Positions 13,538-27,194 of a DNA stretch of 64,000 nucleotides are shown one piece after another. Source of the DNA: Octopus vulgaris (taxonomy: Eukaryota); the NCBI GenBank assembly GCA_951406725.2, contig OX597835.1, forward strand, positions 26,846,001 through 26,910,000, given 5' to 3'. Position 1 is the stretch's first letter. Every line of letters starts with the position of its first letter. The translations under genes were made by a program, and so were the position numbers. The notes below the pieces were generated by a model that made no database searches, was not told the DNA's origin, and worked only from the letters and a program-made list of their open reading frames with translations.

Positions 13538-13645
13538 TGTGTGTGTGTGTGAGAGTGTGTGTGTGTGTGAGAGAGAGAGTGTGTGTGTGTCAGAGAGAGA
13601 ATGTGTGTGTGTGAGAGAGAGTGTGTGTGTGAGAGAGAGAGAGAA

Positions 13646-13685
<40 letters not shown>

Positions 13686-13880
13686 TGTGTGTGTGTGTGA
13701 GAGAGAGTGTGTGTGTGAGAGAGTGTGTGTGTGTGTGAGAGAGAGTGTGTGTGAGAGAGAGAAAGAGTGTGTGTGTGTGTGTGTGTGAGTGTGTGTGTGT
13801 GTGTGAGAGAGAGTGTGTGTGTGTGAGAGAGAGTGTGTGTGTGTGTGAGAGAGAGAGAGAGTATGTGTGTGTGTGTGTGT
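13381..13880. repeat. (GT)n/(GA)n mosaic microsatellite
   Basis: Seen directly. Confidence 0.95.
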
Positions 13881-14924
13881 TTCGTGATTGCGTGCATGCG
13901 TGCTACCGTATCTGCGTGTAAAAATAACAGTCACAACACAGACGAGCGCTAAGTGGTAAAAAAAAGCGGAAGGAAGTAAGCGAGGAAGGAAGAAAGGAAG
14001 GAAAAAGAGAAAGGGGGAAGAAAGAAAGGAAGATACGAGGGAAGGAAGGAAGGAAAAAAAGAAGAAGTGGAAGAAAAGTTGAAATTAAATTGGAAACTGT
14101 TGTCATTAGCTTCATTTTAGGTGTTGCTGTTGTTGTTATTGTTTCGCAGGTCAAAAATAGACGACAAAACAATGGCCGTTTGGTGGGCCAGCCATGGCCT
14201 TCTGTAAAATCGTTGTACAAGGAGACTTAATTAACGGTAATTACTGGCTGCAAAGGTGAGGGTGAGGGCGAGGGTGAGGGGCATGGATGGACGGCGACGG
14301 GTAAGGGAGGCGATGTTGGCTTGGCTTGCTGCAACTCTGGAAGACGAGGTGATGATGGCGGCGGTGGCGGTGGTGGTGATGGTGGGGAATGAGGGTGGGG
14401 GTGATGTTATTTTAGCTGGTTAGACAATGATGCATATAAACGTATCTATATACATATGCATATAGCTGCATATATACACATATATATATAGATATATGTA
14501 TATATATATATATACATATATATGTATATATATGTATATATACATACACACACAAACACATACATATATGCATATAAATATATATACACACACATTCATA
14601 TATGCATACATGTATATATATATAAAAACTTACTGGAGAATAAGAAATCGACGCGAGGCGTTCAATCATATAATAACAATTTAATAAATAAAACATATGC
14701 ATACATACATACATATATGTACATACCTACATCTATATGTATATATAGATGCATATATATATGAGTACAGGACGCCACAAATAGACGTAGAACACAAAAT
14801 CAAACAAAGAAACGGACTTTTTTAACAACGAAAAAAACAGAGTACAAGACAAACAATACAAGGAATATTCCCCTTCATCAGCTGTCCCTGGTTCGACTCA
14901 ATGCGTGTTATATATAGTAAATTC

Positions 14925-15190
14925 AAATAAACGAAGAACACAAACAAACAACAACGCGAGGTCGTGGTACATGTAAAGTATTAGCAGACGCTCAGGGAAG
15001 GAAAGAAAGTTGGTTCTACGTTTCGAGCAAAGCTCTTCTTCATGAAACAGAAGGCAGGAAAGGTGCGGGAACAACAGACATGGTTTATTAGTTTACGCTC
15101 AGGAAAAATGGAAAAGTTTTTGACGATTCGAGCCTACGCTCTTCGACAGAAAGGAATGAGGAAAGAAAACGGAAAGAAGAAAAAAAGAAC
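14925..15190 (-). mobile_element. PLE-like terminal-repeat fragment with two tandem degenerate hammerhead motifs
   Basis: Minus strand CATGAAGAAGAGCtttGCTCGAAACGTA (15017-15044) and CTGTCGAAGAGCgtagGCTCGAATCGTC (15122-15149). Homologous to 17358-17530 and 22150-22335. Confidence 0.6.
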
Positions 15191-15353
15191 ATGTCTGTAT
15201 TAACGGTTTCATCTGTCGAATTATATATATATGCATGTATATATATAGACATACATATATGTATGTATATATATATATACATATATATATATATAGACAT
15301 ACATATATGTATGTATATATATATATACATATATATATATACACACACATATG

Positions 15354-15411
<58 letters not shown>

Positions 15412-15581
15412 TATATATACATATATATATATACATTTACATACATACATATATATATACATATATATATATACATATATATATACATATATATATACAT
15501 ACATATATATATATACATATATATGTACATATATATACATGTATATACACACACACACACACACATCTATCTATCTATCTA

Positions 15582-15630
<49 letters not shown>

Positions 15631-16044
15631 GCATACATAGACGAACCTACAAAAACAGGGTTTCCCACAAAAAAAAAAACAAAAAAAAAAAGAACAGGTC
15701 AAACCGATCCGTTTTCTCCCAATACAATGAGTTAACGATACAGTTAAGAATTCGTAAAAACGCTCCAGATATTCTCCATGTCAGTTTACAATGCTAAACG
15801 TATAAATAACACATAAAATGCCCCAGAATCGCCCACCCCACCCGCTACCAAGTGAATTTTCTGGGCCAGGCACACAAGCACACTGCCATATACACATATG
15901 GAATGTATGAACAGAGGCGCGCACGCGCACACACACACGACACAAAAGAGTTGAAACACGAACAAATTGAAGACGTGTGAATCACAGACACACATGTGCC
16001 GAAGTGAAGCGCTGATCCACAACACAGTTACATCTTTTTTAAAT

Positions 16045-16245
16045 CTTTGATCTTATACTTCTTGCAGTCGTTAGACACTGCGGCCATGCTGGGGCTACGC
16101 CTTCTTGAATATTAGGTGAACGAATTTACCAACACCCCCACCCCCGCGTACTATTCTTTTTCAAGGCCTGGTACTTATTCTATCGATCTCTCTTGCCGAA
16201 CTCTATGTTATGGGGGACGTAAACACACCAACACAAGCACGCACA
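16045..16245 (-). mobile_element. SINE family B, degenerate 3' half
   Basis: ctgcggccatgctgg...ttattctatcgatctctcttgccgaac...ggacgtaaacac. Confidence 0.7.
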
Positions 16246-16262
16246 CATTATATATATATACA

Positions 16263-16478
16263 TATTTCTTTACTACCCACAGAGGGTACAAACAAGGACA
16301 GACAAACGGATTAAGTCGATTATATCGACCCCAGTGCGTAACTGGTACTTATTTAATCGACTCCGAAAGGATGCAAGGCAAAGTCGACCTCGATGGAATT
16401 TGAACTCAGAACGTAGCGGCAGACGAAATACCGCTAAGCATTTCGCCCGGCGTGCTAACGCTTTTGCCAGCTCACCGG
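16263..16478 (-). mobile_element. SINE family A, near full length
   Basis: Matches 60661-60892. Confidence 0.88.
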
Positions 16479-16622
16479 GCTTCCCTTAGTTTCCATGTAC
16501 CAAATCCGCGCACAATGCCTTATTCGGCTCGTGGTTCAACACAGCGGGACTAAGCCTAGAACCATTTGGTTGGTAAGCAAACTTCTTACCACACAGCCAC
16601 GTAATCCATAAGCACAGCACAA

Positions 16623-16672
<50 letters not shown>

Positions 16673-16689
16673 GTTAATAACCTCATAGA

Positions 16690-17075
16690 ATGATAGAAAG
16701 TGTTGTTGTTTAGCATGGAAAGCACTAGGTGTTTATAAAACTCCGTGTCCATAAGGACCACAGAACTCCCTTTGTCGGCTTCTTTGATGATAAGGTTTTT
16801 GTCCAGTTGTAGGTCACGTAGGTTTTTCCATTCCTCCCTACTGAAGTTGGATTTTACCTTGGTTTTGCCTGGGGTAAAGGGGAGACTCTGGATATGTTTG
16901 CAAAAATCGTCCAGTGCCTTCTTTCTTCCTTTTGATGGTAGGAAGTTACTTTTGTTTTTGATCAATGAACCGTCCTCATTGTTGAGATCTGTCAGAGCTT
17001 CTGTTAAACGAAGTTCTCTGCAGAATTCAGAAACGTCGTCCTTGACCTCCGGGGGGAGGGTCGTAGGGTGGGTGT
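16690..17075 (-). pseudogene. Penelope-like element RT N-terminal fragment
   Basis: SNFSREEWKNLRDLQLDKNLIIKEADKGSSVVLMDTEFY contains the N(L/F)S..E...L..L....IIK.ADKG...V motif characteristic of PLE reverse transcriptases. Confidence 0.85.
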
Positions 17076-17104
17076 GAATTTCAAACCCCTTGCTAGGATA
17101 AGCG

Positions 17105-17299
17105 GAACAAGGTGAGAAAAAGTAGTACTCGAATACCGGAGGTAGAGTAATATGCTTTATTAAAAAGCAGCAGAAATATCTGAAAAACCGTTACACAGAG
17201 TTTCACGTTCCCGTTCGTCGGGAACAAAACTGTCCGACGAACGGGAACGTGAAACTCTGAGTAACAGTTTTTGTGATATTTTTGGTGGTTTTTAATAAC

Positions 17300-17300
<1 letters not shown>
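17105..17300. mobile_element. PLE-like terminal repeat in fold-back arrangement with two hammerhead-like motifs
   Basis: Inverted repeat centred at about 17224. Plus copy: AAAACTGT-CCGACGA-ACG(GGAA)CGT-GAAA-CTCTGAG-TA-ACAGTTTT (17226-17271). Confidence 0.7.
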
Positions 17301-17358
<58 letters not shown>

Positions 17359-17427
17359 CAACAATGCGAGGACGTGGTACATGTTAAGTATTAGCAGACG
17401 ATCAGGGAAGGAAAGGAAAGAAAGATG

Positions 17428-17463
17428 GTTTAACGTTTCGAGCAAACGCTCTTCTTCAGAAAC
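17428..17463 (-). ncRNA. Minimal type-I hammerhead ribozyme motif, intact core
   Basis: Minus strand GTTT-CTGAAGA-A-GAGC(GTTT)GCTC-GAAA-CG-TT-AAAC: 4-bp stem I, 4-bp stem II, palindromic ACGT stem III. Confidence 0.65.
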
Positions 17464-17530
17464 AGAGAAAAGTCCAATACAAAAAGAAGAAGGAGGAAGA
17501 ATATCGCCAACGATTCACATGTGGTTGACA

Positions 17531-17857
17531 CCCTTCGGTCGTGAATTACCATTGAATTGCTCTCAGAAAGGTCCCCTCCGAGGCACAAGTCTGGGCAAGG
17601 TTGTTTTTATGGAAGATCAACAGTCACCCATGCATACCAGCTTCCTCTCTACACACCACCAATGTTATCCAAGGGAAAGGCAAAGGGACCGATACACTTG
17701 GCACCAGTGACGTCGCAAGTCATTTCTACAGCTGAGTGAACTGGAGCAATGTGAAATAAAGTGTCTTGCTCAAGAACACAACACACAGCCTGGTCCAGGA
17801 ATCGAACTTGCTACCTTATGACTGTGAGCCCGACGCTCTAACCACTGATCCATACGC
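17531..17857 (-). mobile_element. SINE family D, tail type 2
   Basis: Collinear with 59851-60183 in reverse orientation. Confidence 0.85.
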
Positions 17858-17924
17858 ACACACACGTCAACCGTTTCAGACGATCACAATACCTGTCTTA
17901 ACTAGAGTAAAACATCCATGCTAT

Positions 17925-18170
17925 TTAGTCGTTGGCCAACCTCAATTCTCCAAATGCAAAACATTTAAACTGATCGCAAAGAAAACGTGTCTATTGATAC
18001 ACTTGGGTTTTTTTGTGTGGATATATGCCTCAAGTGACACAATGACAATCTGGAAAAGATAGGATTTTCAAAAAAAGAAATCAGATTAACATGCACATTA
18101 TAGATACATTCTGTAGCTAGAACAGTAAAAATATGCAAGACATTTCGCAAATTCAACATGTGACATCGTT
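17925..18170 (+). mobile_element. Degenerate RLE-LINE 3' remnant
   Basis: atctggaaaag...aaatatgcaaga...ttcaacatgtgaca resembles the reverse complement of 11790-11930. Confidence 0.45.
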
Positions 18171-18480
18171 TTTGTTATCTACTTTCTGACATTGGAGCTC
18201 TGTACCTTTGTTAGAAACCAGTTCCATCTTTACAGAAAATATTCAAATAATTGAAAATACGAGAACATGCACACATACATACAAATAGGAAGCTTCTAGG
18301 CTGTGCTAGAAACAGCAGTCAAATTTACATTCACCATAAACGTGTTAGCGTTTTGAAAAAAAAAAAATGTCGGAAAAAGTTAAACGTGATGGTCAAAGTG
18401 GAACGTCTTCGAGTATAGCTTACTGGATCAGGGCTAACCAAGGCTGAACAATAACAATCAGTTATACGCATACGTACATC

Positions 18481-18529
<49 letters not shown>

Positions 18530-18540
18530 ACACACATACA

Positions 18541-18705
18541 TACGACGCGCTTCTTTCAGTTTCCATCTATCAAATCCACACACAAGGCTTCGTTCGGCTC
18601 GAGTCTACAGATGAAAAACTTGCTCAAGGTGCCACGCAGTGGAGATGAACCCGGGACCAAGTGGTTGGAAAGCAAGATTCTTTCCACACAGCCACGCCTG
18701 CGCCT
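18541..18705 (-). mobile_element. SINE family B, 5' half
   Basis: ctttcagtttccatc...ccacacagccacgcctgcgcc. Confidence 0.85.
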
Positions 18706-18711
18706 ACATAT

Positions 18712-19125
18712 GGTGTAACTGTGTGGTAAGAAGCTTGCTTCCCAACCATATGGCTCCGGGTTCAGACCCACTGCGTGGCACCTTGAGCAAGTGTCTTCTA
18801 CTATAGCCTCGGGCCGACCAAAGCCTTGGGAGTGGGTTTGGTAGATGGAAACTGAAAGAAGCCCGTCGTATAGGTGTGTGTGTGTGTGTGTGTGTGTGTT
18901 GTGTGTGAGTGTATTTGTGTCTGTGTTTGTCTACCTTCCATCGCTTGACAACCGATGTTGGTGTGTTTACGTCCCCGTAACTAAGCAAAAGAGACCTACA
19001 GAGTATGTACTAGGCTTACAATAAAAAACTATGTCCTGGGATTGAGTTCTTCGACTAAAAGTCCCTGAAGGCAGTGCTCCAGCACGGCCGCAGTCAAATG
19101 ATTGAAACAAGTAAAAGAATAAAAT
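18712..19125 (+). mobile_element. SINE family B
   Basis: Complete B body and tail. Confidence 0.88.
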
Positions 19126-19769
19126 ACCACACACGCACACACACACATACATACACATCGTATACAAACATATTCACATTTATCCATGCATAGATACACA
19201 TATAGGTAGATGGAAACACACACATATATACACGCAATTCCTGAGCAACTGAAATTATTTGCGTTTCTACAGAGTTTAACAATCGTTCGGCGTTAGTTGG
19301 GGGGGGGGACTAAATTGAAATGAGAGAAGGACCTGCAGGCTCTGAAAAGTCAGGATTCCTCCGAAACAGACATAGTTTAAGTTTGTTAGACGTAAATAAA
19401 AGTCTCAGATGTAAATAAACACAACTGTAGGCAAAATGAATGCAGGAAATGTCATTGGGTTAGTCACAGATGTTGTAACGATACCGAAGGGATGTTGAAT
19501 GAGCCGCGAATGGAGAGACAAAAAGAGCTGCGAGAGGGCACAGTGACCCTTACGAAAATGCAACAATGTGAGTGCGTGTGCGAGCGCGTGCTGTGCCTGT
19601 CTGTGCATGTCTGCGTGAGTGTATAAGATGAGAGAGCGAGGGAGAGAGAGAGAGAGTAAGATACATACGTACTATAGATATGTTGCAGCCCAAATGGAAA
19701 GACAGTTCGACACATGCGTGTGTGTGCACATATATATATATATATATATATAGTCTTTTATTCTTCTAC

Positions 19770-19996
19770 TGTTTTACTTGCTTCAGTCATTAGACTGCGG
19801 CCATGCTGGAACACAGCCTAGGACTTTTTTTTCTTTCTTTTGTTTCAGACGAATGAATCGACCCCAGTACTTATTTAATTGGTCTCTTTTGCCGAACGGC
19901 TAATGTTACGGGGAAGTAAACTCACCAACACCGGTTGTCAAGCGGTGATGGGGGACAAACACAGACACACACACAAATATATATATATACACACAC

Positions 19997-20055
<59 letters not shown>

Positions 20056-20620
20056 ACGGGCTTCTTTCAGTTTCCGTCTACCAAATCCACTCACAAGGCT
20101 TTGGTCGGCGCAAGGCTTTAGTAGAAGACACTTACCCAAGGTGCCATGCAGTGGGAGTGAACCCGGAATCATGTGGTTGGGAAGCAAGCTTCTTTACCAC
20201 ACAGCCGCGCCTTGTTTCAGTCATTAGACTGCGGCCATGCTGGGGCACAAACTTGAAGTATTTTTGTCGAACGAATCGACCCCAATAGTTATTTATTTAT
20301 TTTTATTTTTCTAGCTGATACTTTTTATATCGGATCCTTGTACCAAACTGCTGTGTTACAGAGACGTAAACAAACCAATACCGTTGTCAGGCGGTTGTGG
20401 AGGCCAAACACAAACATACACACATATGTACACACAAGCACACACACACAAACATATATATATATATATGACAGGCTTCTTTCAGTTTCCGTCTTCTAAA
20501 TCTATTCACAAGGCTTTGGTCAACCCGGCGCCAAAATAGAAGGCAGTTGCCCGAGCAGAGAATTTGAACCCGGAACAATGTAACTGAGAAACAAAATTTT
20601 TACCTCACAGACACGCCTGC
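19770..20620 (-). mobile_element. Two tandem SINE family B copies (19770-20210, 20211-20620)
   Basis: The B tail-body-head order occurs twice. Confidence 0.85.
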
Positions 20621-20625
20621 ACCTT

Positions 20626-20665
<40 letters not shown>

Positions 20666-20681
20666 TTTATTATATAGAAGG

Positions 20682-20732
20682 AGCTTCTACAGGACTAGTA
20701 CTGTTTCATTCAAGAGAAATCTTCAGGAAGCT
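20682..20732 (-). ncRNA. Type-I hammerhead ribozyme motif
   Basis: Minus strand AGCTTC-CTGAAGA-TTTC(TCTT)GAAT-GAA-ACAG(TACTAGTC)CTGT-A-GAAGCT: 6-bp stem I, intact core, 4-bp stem III, GUA cleavage triplet. Confidence 0.7.
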
Positions 20733-21054
20733 ATTTAACAAGAATTGTATTAGCATTTATACATTTAGGCAGGTTTAAAGGAGTGGTGGTGGGGGACTTT
20801 TTGGGGGTAGGCATAGCGCAAAATATCATACTTGGGGGAGTGGTCAAGGAGTCAGTGGTAAGTTAGATGAAAGAATAGATAAATAAAAAAATAAAAAAAT
20901 AAAAAAAAAAAAAAAATAAAAAATATATATAAATAATATATATAAAAAATATATATATATAAAAAAAAGGGGGGATATAGTTATAGGTAAATAAGGAGAT
21001 TCTCACTTATACCTATACACATATGTATACGTATCTACACACATATATATACAC

Positions 21055-21107
<53 letters not shown>

Positions 21108-21408
21108 TACATACATACACATATACATACATATCTACATACACACATACATACACCCGCCCACATATACAAATTTATACACATGCACATGCATATACCT
21201 GTCTACACATACACACACGTATATATGCATACACTCACTCCCATGCATGCACGCATACACACATGTATATATATACCCACGACCACACATACATATATAC
21301 ACAGAAAAATATATATTCATACGCACATACACTCATGCACACACAACACACCTAGTTCCCTATATACACATATTTACACCTATATATACCTACACCCACA
21401 TACACATA

Positions 21409-21446
<38 letters not shown>

Positions 21447-21545
21447 CACGCATACATATATATACATGTGTGCACATACATACATATACACATATACATA
21501 CACATACACATACACATGTGTGCCTATACATACCTACACATACAC

Positions 21546-21586
<41 letters not shown>

Positions 21587-21699
21587 CCAATACAGGCCCA
21601 TTCCCTAATTTTAATTTTATATGCATATATATATTTATGTATATATATATATATATATATACATAAATATATATATGTATATATGTATGTATATACATA

Positions 21700-21902
21700 T
21701 ACTCTTTTACTTGTTTCAGTCATTTGACTGCGGCCATGCTGGAGCACCGCCTTGAGTCGAGCAAATCGACCCCAGGACTTATTCTTTGTAAGCCCAGTAC
21801 TTATTCTATCGTTCTTTTTTGCCGAACCGCTAAGTGACGGGGACGTAAACACACCAGCATCGGTTGTCAAGCAATGCTAGGGGGACAAACACAGACACAC
21901 AG

Positions 21903-21991
<89 letters not shown>

Positions 21992-22146
21992 TACGGCAGG
22001 CTTCTTTCAGTTTCCGTCTACCAAATCCGCTCACAAGGCATTGGTCGGCCCGGGGCTATAGCAGAAGACACTTGCCCAAGATGCGACGCAGTGGGACTGA
22101 ACCCGGAACCATGTGGCTGGTTAGCAAGCTACTTACCACACAGCCA
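21700..22146 (-). mobile_element. SINE family B
   Basis: Near-consensus copy with internal (CA)n(TA)n. Confidence 0.9.
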
Positions 22147-22246
22147 TATTATATGATTGAACGCCACACATCCTCATGTGACCGCCTGCGTATCGTTGCC
22201 CATTTTCTTTCTCCGTCTTCCCTTCCTTGGACCTTTCCTTTTTCTA

Positions 22247-22282
22247 TGTTTCTGACGAAGAGCTCCGCTCGAAACGTTAAAT
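22247..22282 (+). ncRNA. Minimal hammerhead motif within PLE-like fragment 22150-22335
   Basis: GTTT-CTGACGA-A-GAGC(TCC)GCTC-GAAA-CG-TT-AAAT. Confidence 0.65.
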
Positions 22283-22367
22283 CCTCCTTCTTTCTTTCCT
22301 TGTTCCACGTCCTCGCATTGTTGTGTTTTCTCTTTGTTCATATTTGGATTAACTATATATATATATG

Positions 22368-22409
<42 letters not shown>

Positions 22410-22488
22410 CCTATGTATATATATATATATATACAGATATAGATATAGATAGAGAGACTTACGCATATATATATATATAGATAGATAT

Positions 22489-22557
<69 letters not shown>

Positions 22558-22729
22558 CTTACGCATATGTACATATGCATACATACATACATATATATAT
22601 ATATACACGCATTCACGAGTACTACTGCTGCATACATACATCCGTGCTCGCACACACGCATTATATACTAATAGTTTGTTATTTCGATGTTACTTGGATT
22701 GGACAGATCAGCAAATTTATATACGCATA

Positions 22730-22783
<54 letters not shown>

Positions 22784-23530
22784 TGTGTACATGTGTGTGT
22801 GTGTGTACGTGTGAAAGTGTATGTGCGTCTATGTTTACGCATATAATTCAGGGTATTATATTTACATGCACACACACACACACAATATGTATATACGAGA
22901 GCTTGCTCAAATACACGATGGAATATCCACGTAGGTCGCCCAGCATGCTTGAAATAGCAGTCAAGTCTCTTTTAAAACGCATTACAAAAGGACACACTGG
23001 TTAATGCATTGTTAAACTTACGAGAAGACAGGCTGTGGAATTTGACTGCTATCTCTAGCTTCCTGTTAAAGAACTTCCCTGTTCACTTGAATATACGTAC
23101 TTAATGTATATACTATACGTAAGACTATATGAATATATGTATATACTGTGCCGGGAAGGAGGGTATTCCAGTCGTGCCCATCACGTGTTTTGTAGTCTTC
23201 AGGCTTAAATGTAGGACTAGGTTATATACATTTACTTATTTGAAGAGTACGGAGATTTGAGGGGGATTTGGGTGATATTTCTAGCAAGGTGAGAAGCCAC
23301 AAGTGTGCATACATACGCACATACATAGAAACATTTATGTCTCTGTACGTATACGTATGTGTGTGCACAAAGTCTGAAACGTATACAAGAATTCACACAC
23401 ACGCATACACATACACGCACACACACACACATATAAATATATATTCATTCATACAAAAACATGCAATCACAAATATATATACACAAACATCAATCCATTC
23501 TTACACAGACACACGCACAAACACATACGC

Positions 23531-23563
<33 letters not shown>

Positions 23564-24116
23564 CATAGTCATACATACGCACACACACAAATATATATCC
23601 AGAGAGAAAGAGAGAGAGAGCGTGTGTGCGTGTATGATATACGCATACATACACACATTCCAATTGAAGGCTTTTGTCTCAGAGTTACAAACCGGCGGTT
23701 TTCTTGTTGGTGAGAATTTCGAAAAAAATAAAACCAGAACGTGTCTACATACATACGTACGTACATGCATACATACATACATACATACATATATACATAC
23801 ATACATACATAGAGACATGCATACATATACACACAAACACATAAGTACATACACGCATACATATACTGGTAGTTGAGTATGACAACCGCTGACGTAAATA
23901 CGTATACACATTAATACATACGTAGAATATGTATATACATATATACACATATAAACATGCATATTTATTCGTGTGTATATATATATTTAAGCTAGAGATA
24001 GCAGTCAAATTGTATATATAACGCACGAAACTTTCAGACCTTGAGCCGCTCTGTTGCTTCTGCTAATTATTAATAAAAATATGCATATATAATAATAATG
24101 AATATATGTATGTATG

Positions 24117-24164
<48 letters not shown>

Positions 24165-24239
24165 AGATATCTGCATCCATACATGCGTGCATAAATGTAT
24201 ATGCATACGGACACACACATAAATACATGCAAATATGCC

Positions 24240-24284
<45 letters not shown>

Positions 24285-24360
24285 TTTTCACACAACATAC
24301 ATTTGTTTTGGGTACTACAATCTCTATAAAAGAAATCTACTGATATAAATTCTTGAGATA

Positions 24361-24454
<94 letters not shown>

Positions 24455-24561
24455 GCTTGCATGCAGACGTACATAATTATCACAAAAACACGCGCGCACA
24501 TATATAGAGAAGCCGAATGAAGGAAGAATATTTGCAAAAGATGCACACACACACACACACA

Positions 24562-24603
<42 letters not shown>

Positions 24604-25013
24604 CGCTGGGTTTTGTTTGTCTGTTTTTTTTCTTTTCTTTTTCGTTTTTTTTTTCTCTTTGCTTTTGTACAGAACATGAGAAAATAAATCTATTTCTTAA
24701 TTCCATGCTACACTGTATATTTTATTCGACAGAGCTGCATGCCGTTACTTAAGTTTTGTATGTAAGTATGTATGTATGTATGTATGTATGTATGTATGTA
24801 TGTATCTATGTATGTATGTATGTGTGTGTGTGTGTGTATGTATGCATATGTTATGTGCATATGCATGTATGTATGTACAAGTATATATACATCTATATAT
24901 ATGTGCATGTTTATGCGTATATGTATATATTTATATGCATATATGTATATATATATATATACATACATATATGTGTATATACATATATACACATATAAAT
25001 ATACATATTTATC

Positions 25014-25061
<48 letters not shown>

Positions 25062-25165
25062 TATAAAACATGGATTGGATATACGTGCAAAAAAAAACTA
25101 TAGAGATGGTCCCTAAATTTTAGATAGATGAATAGACATAGATAGATATATATATAGATAGACAA

Positions 25166-25200
<35 letters not shown>

Positions 25201-25734
25201 TGTGTGTATGCATGTGTGTATGTACGTGTGTGTATGCGTGTGTGTGTGTGTGTGTGTGCGTGTGTGTATGCAAAGAGATAAAGAATTAACTCTGTGACAA
25301 ACCTTTTAGGTATCCTCCGATCTCTGTAAAATGGATAAATTCTTTGAATGCGAAAAATAGATGATGAGAAGAGAAAAATGAAAGAGAGAGGTGGAAGGAG
25401 CGACTAAGGGGGAAAGTGAGAGAGATAGAGATAGATAATGTGAAAGAGAGTAAGTGAGAGAGAAAGAGTGAGAGCGAGAGAGAGTAAGTTACATGGAGAG
25501 CTGGTGTTTGTTATGAAGACAAACCTTTTTTCTTTTGTAAAAAAAATCTATCTTTTGTATAGATTTTTATGTATGTATATTAATGTCTATATATTATACA
25601 TAGATATATATTATATATGAATGCAGAAGAGAAAGGGAGTGCTTAAGAAATGGAGAGATAGAAAGACAATGAGAGAGAGAGAGAGGGAGGGAGGGATGAA
25701 AGAGTGTGAGGGAGGTGTATGGCTTGACGCTCTA

Positions 25735-26589
25735 TTCATTCACCCCCCCTCTCAGTCGTTATCTGTCTGTCCTTCCCTTTCTCTTTCTCACTGTCTTTTA
25801 TTTCCTGTCTTTCTATCACTCCGTCACTCACTCGCTTTTCTTACGTTCATCCTTCCGTCTGTTCTTCTCTCCTTCTTCTCATCTCCCCACTCTCTCTCTG
25901 TTTCCTTATCTCCCTCCTCTCTCTTGACCTGACATTGTCATTTTGAATCTCTTTCTATTTCCTCCTCCTCCTCCATCTTCTCCGCCACTCTCTCACTCTC
26001 TTTTTATTTCCTCTCTCTCTCCCTCCTTATCGTTCCGTCTTGCATTTCATCCCTTTCCTTCTCTTTCTCGCTTTACCTTCCTCTATCACTCTTTCTTCTC
26101 GTCTTTCTCCCTCTCTTTTCTCTCTCTCTCTCTACCCCTCTCTCTCTCTCTCATTTCTTCTTCAGATCTCTCTTTCTTCCTCTCTCACATTCTTTCTTCA
26201 GATCTCTCATTCTATCTTCCTCTCTTTCTCTGTCTCTCTGTCTCTGCCTCTCTCTCTCTCCCTTTCCCCTCGCTCTCACACCGATGTCATCTATCTCACT
26301 CCCATCTTCATTCTATCACTCTTTCTCTCTTTCTCTCTCTCTCACTCTCCCTCGCTTTCTTCTAATCATCCTTTCTCTCTTTCTCTAGTATCAGTTGACA
26401 CGTACACACACGCACATACACAAATACGCACACACACACACATACAACAACTACGTACACAGCTACACGATCAAATTCAAAACAACACAGTAGTCATCGT
26501 ATCTATTTCTCTCCTCCTTTCATCTCTCTCACATTCTCTCTCCATATCTTTCCCCCTTCCTCGCTCTCTCTATCTATCTATCTCTCTTT

Positions 26590-26676
<87 letters not shown>

Positions 26677-26680
26677 GTGT
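25735..26680. repeat. Long polypyrimidine (CT-rich) low-complexity tract ending in (TATC)n
   Basis: Seen directly. Confidence 0.9.
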
Positions 26681-26790
26681 TGTTTGACACGCATACATAC
26701 ACAGTATCCGTGCTAAACACATTAATGTATACACGTACTTATACATAAGCAACACGGCAACTTTACACTGTCGCTCTCTCCTTTTTCACT

Positions 26791-26836
<46 letters not shown>

Positions 26837-27194
26837 GTATCCGTCTATCTTTGTGGTATCAGTTGACACACGGGCGGGCATACTCTCAAACTAGCACACA
26901 CACAAACACATAGATGCATATACATACACACACACATATAGATACACGTACACATACACACTTACATGCCCAGACACAAGCTCACTTCCCCACCCCCACC
27001 TGCCACTTTCCCTCTGTTTCTCTCTTTCTCTCTCCATGTCTGTCTGTCTGTATCTACCAATTGTCTGTCTGGTAACATTTCACACACACGTGCGCGCGCG
27101 CGCAGAGCAACACTGTCTCTTCAATGTATCTATCTATCAACCTATCAATCCATACCTTTCTACATTTCAATCTCTCTCTCTCTCTCTCTCTCTA

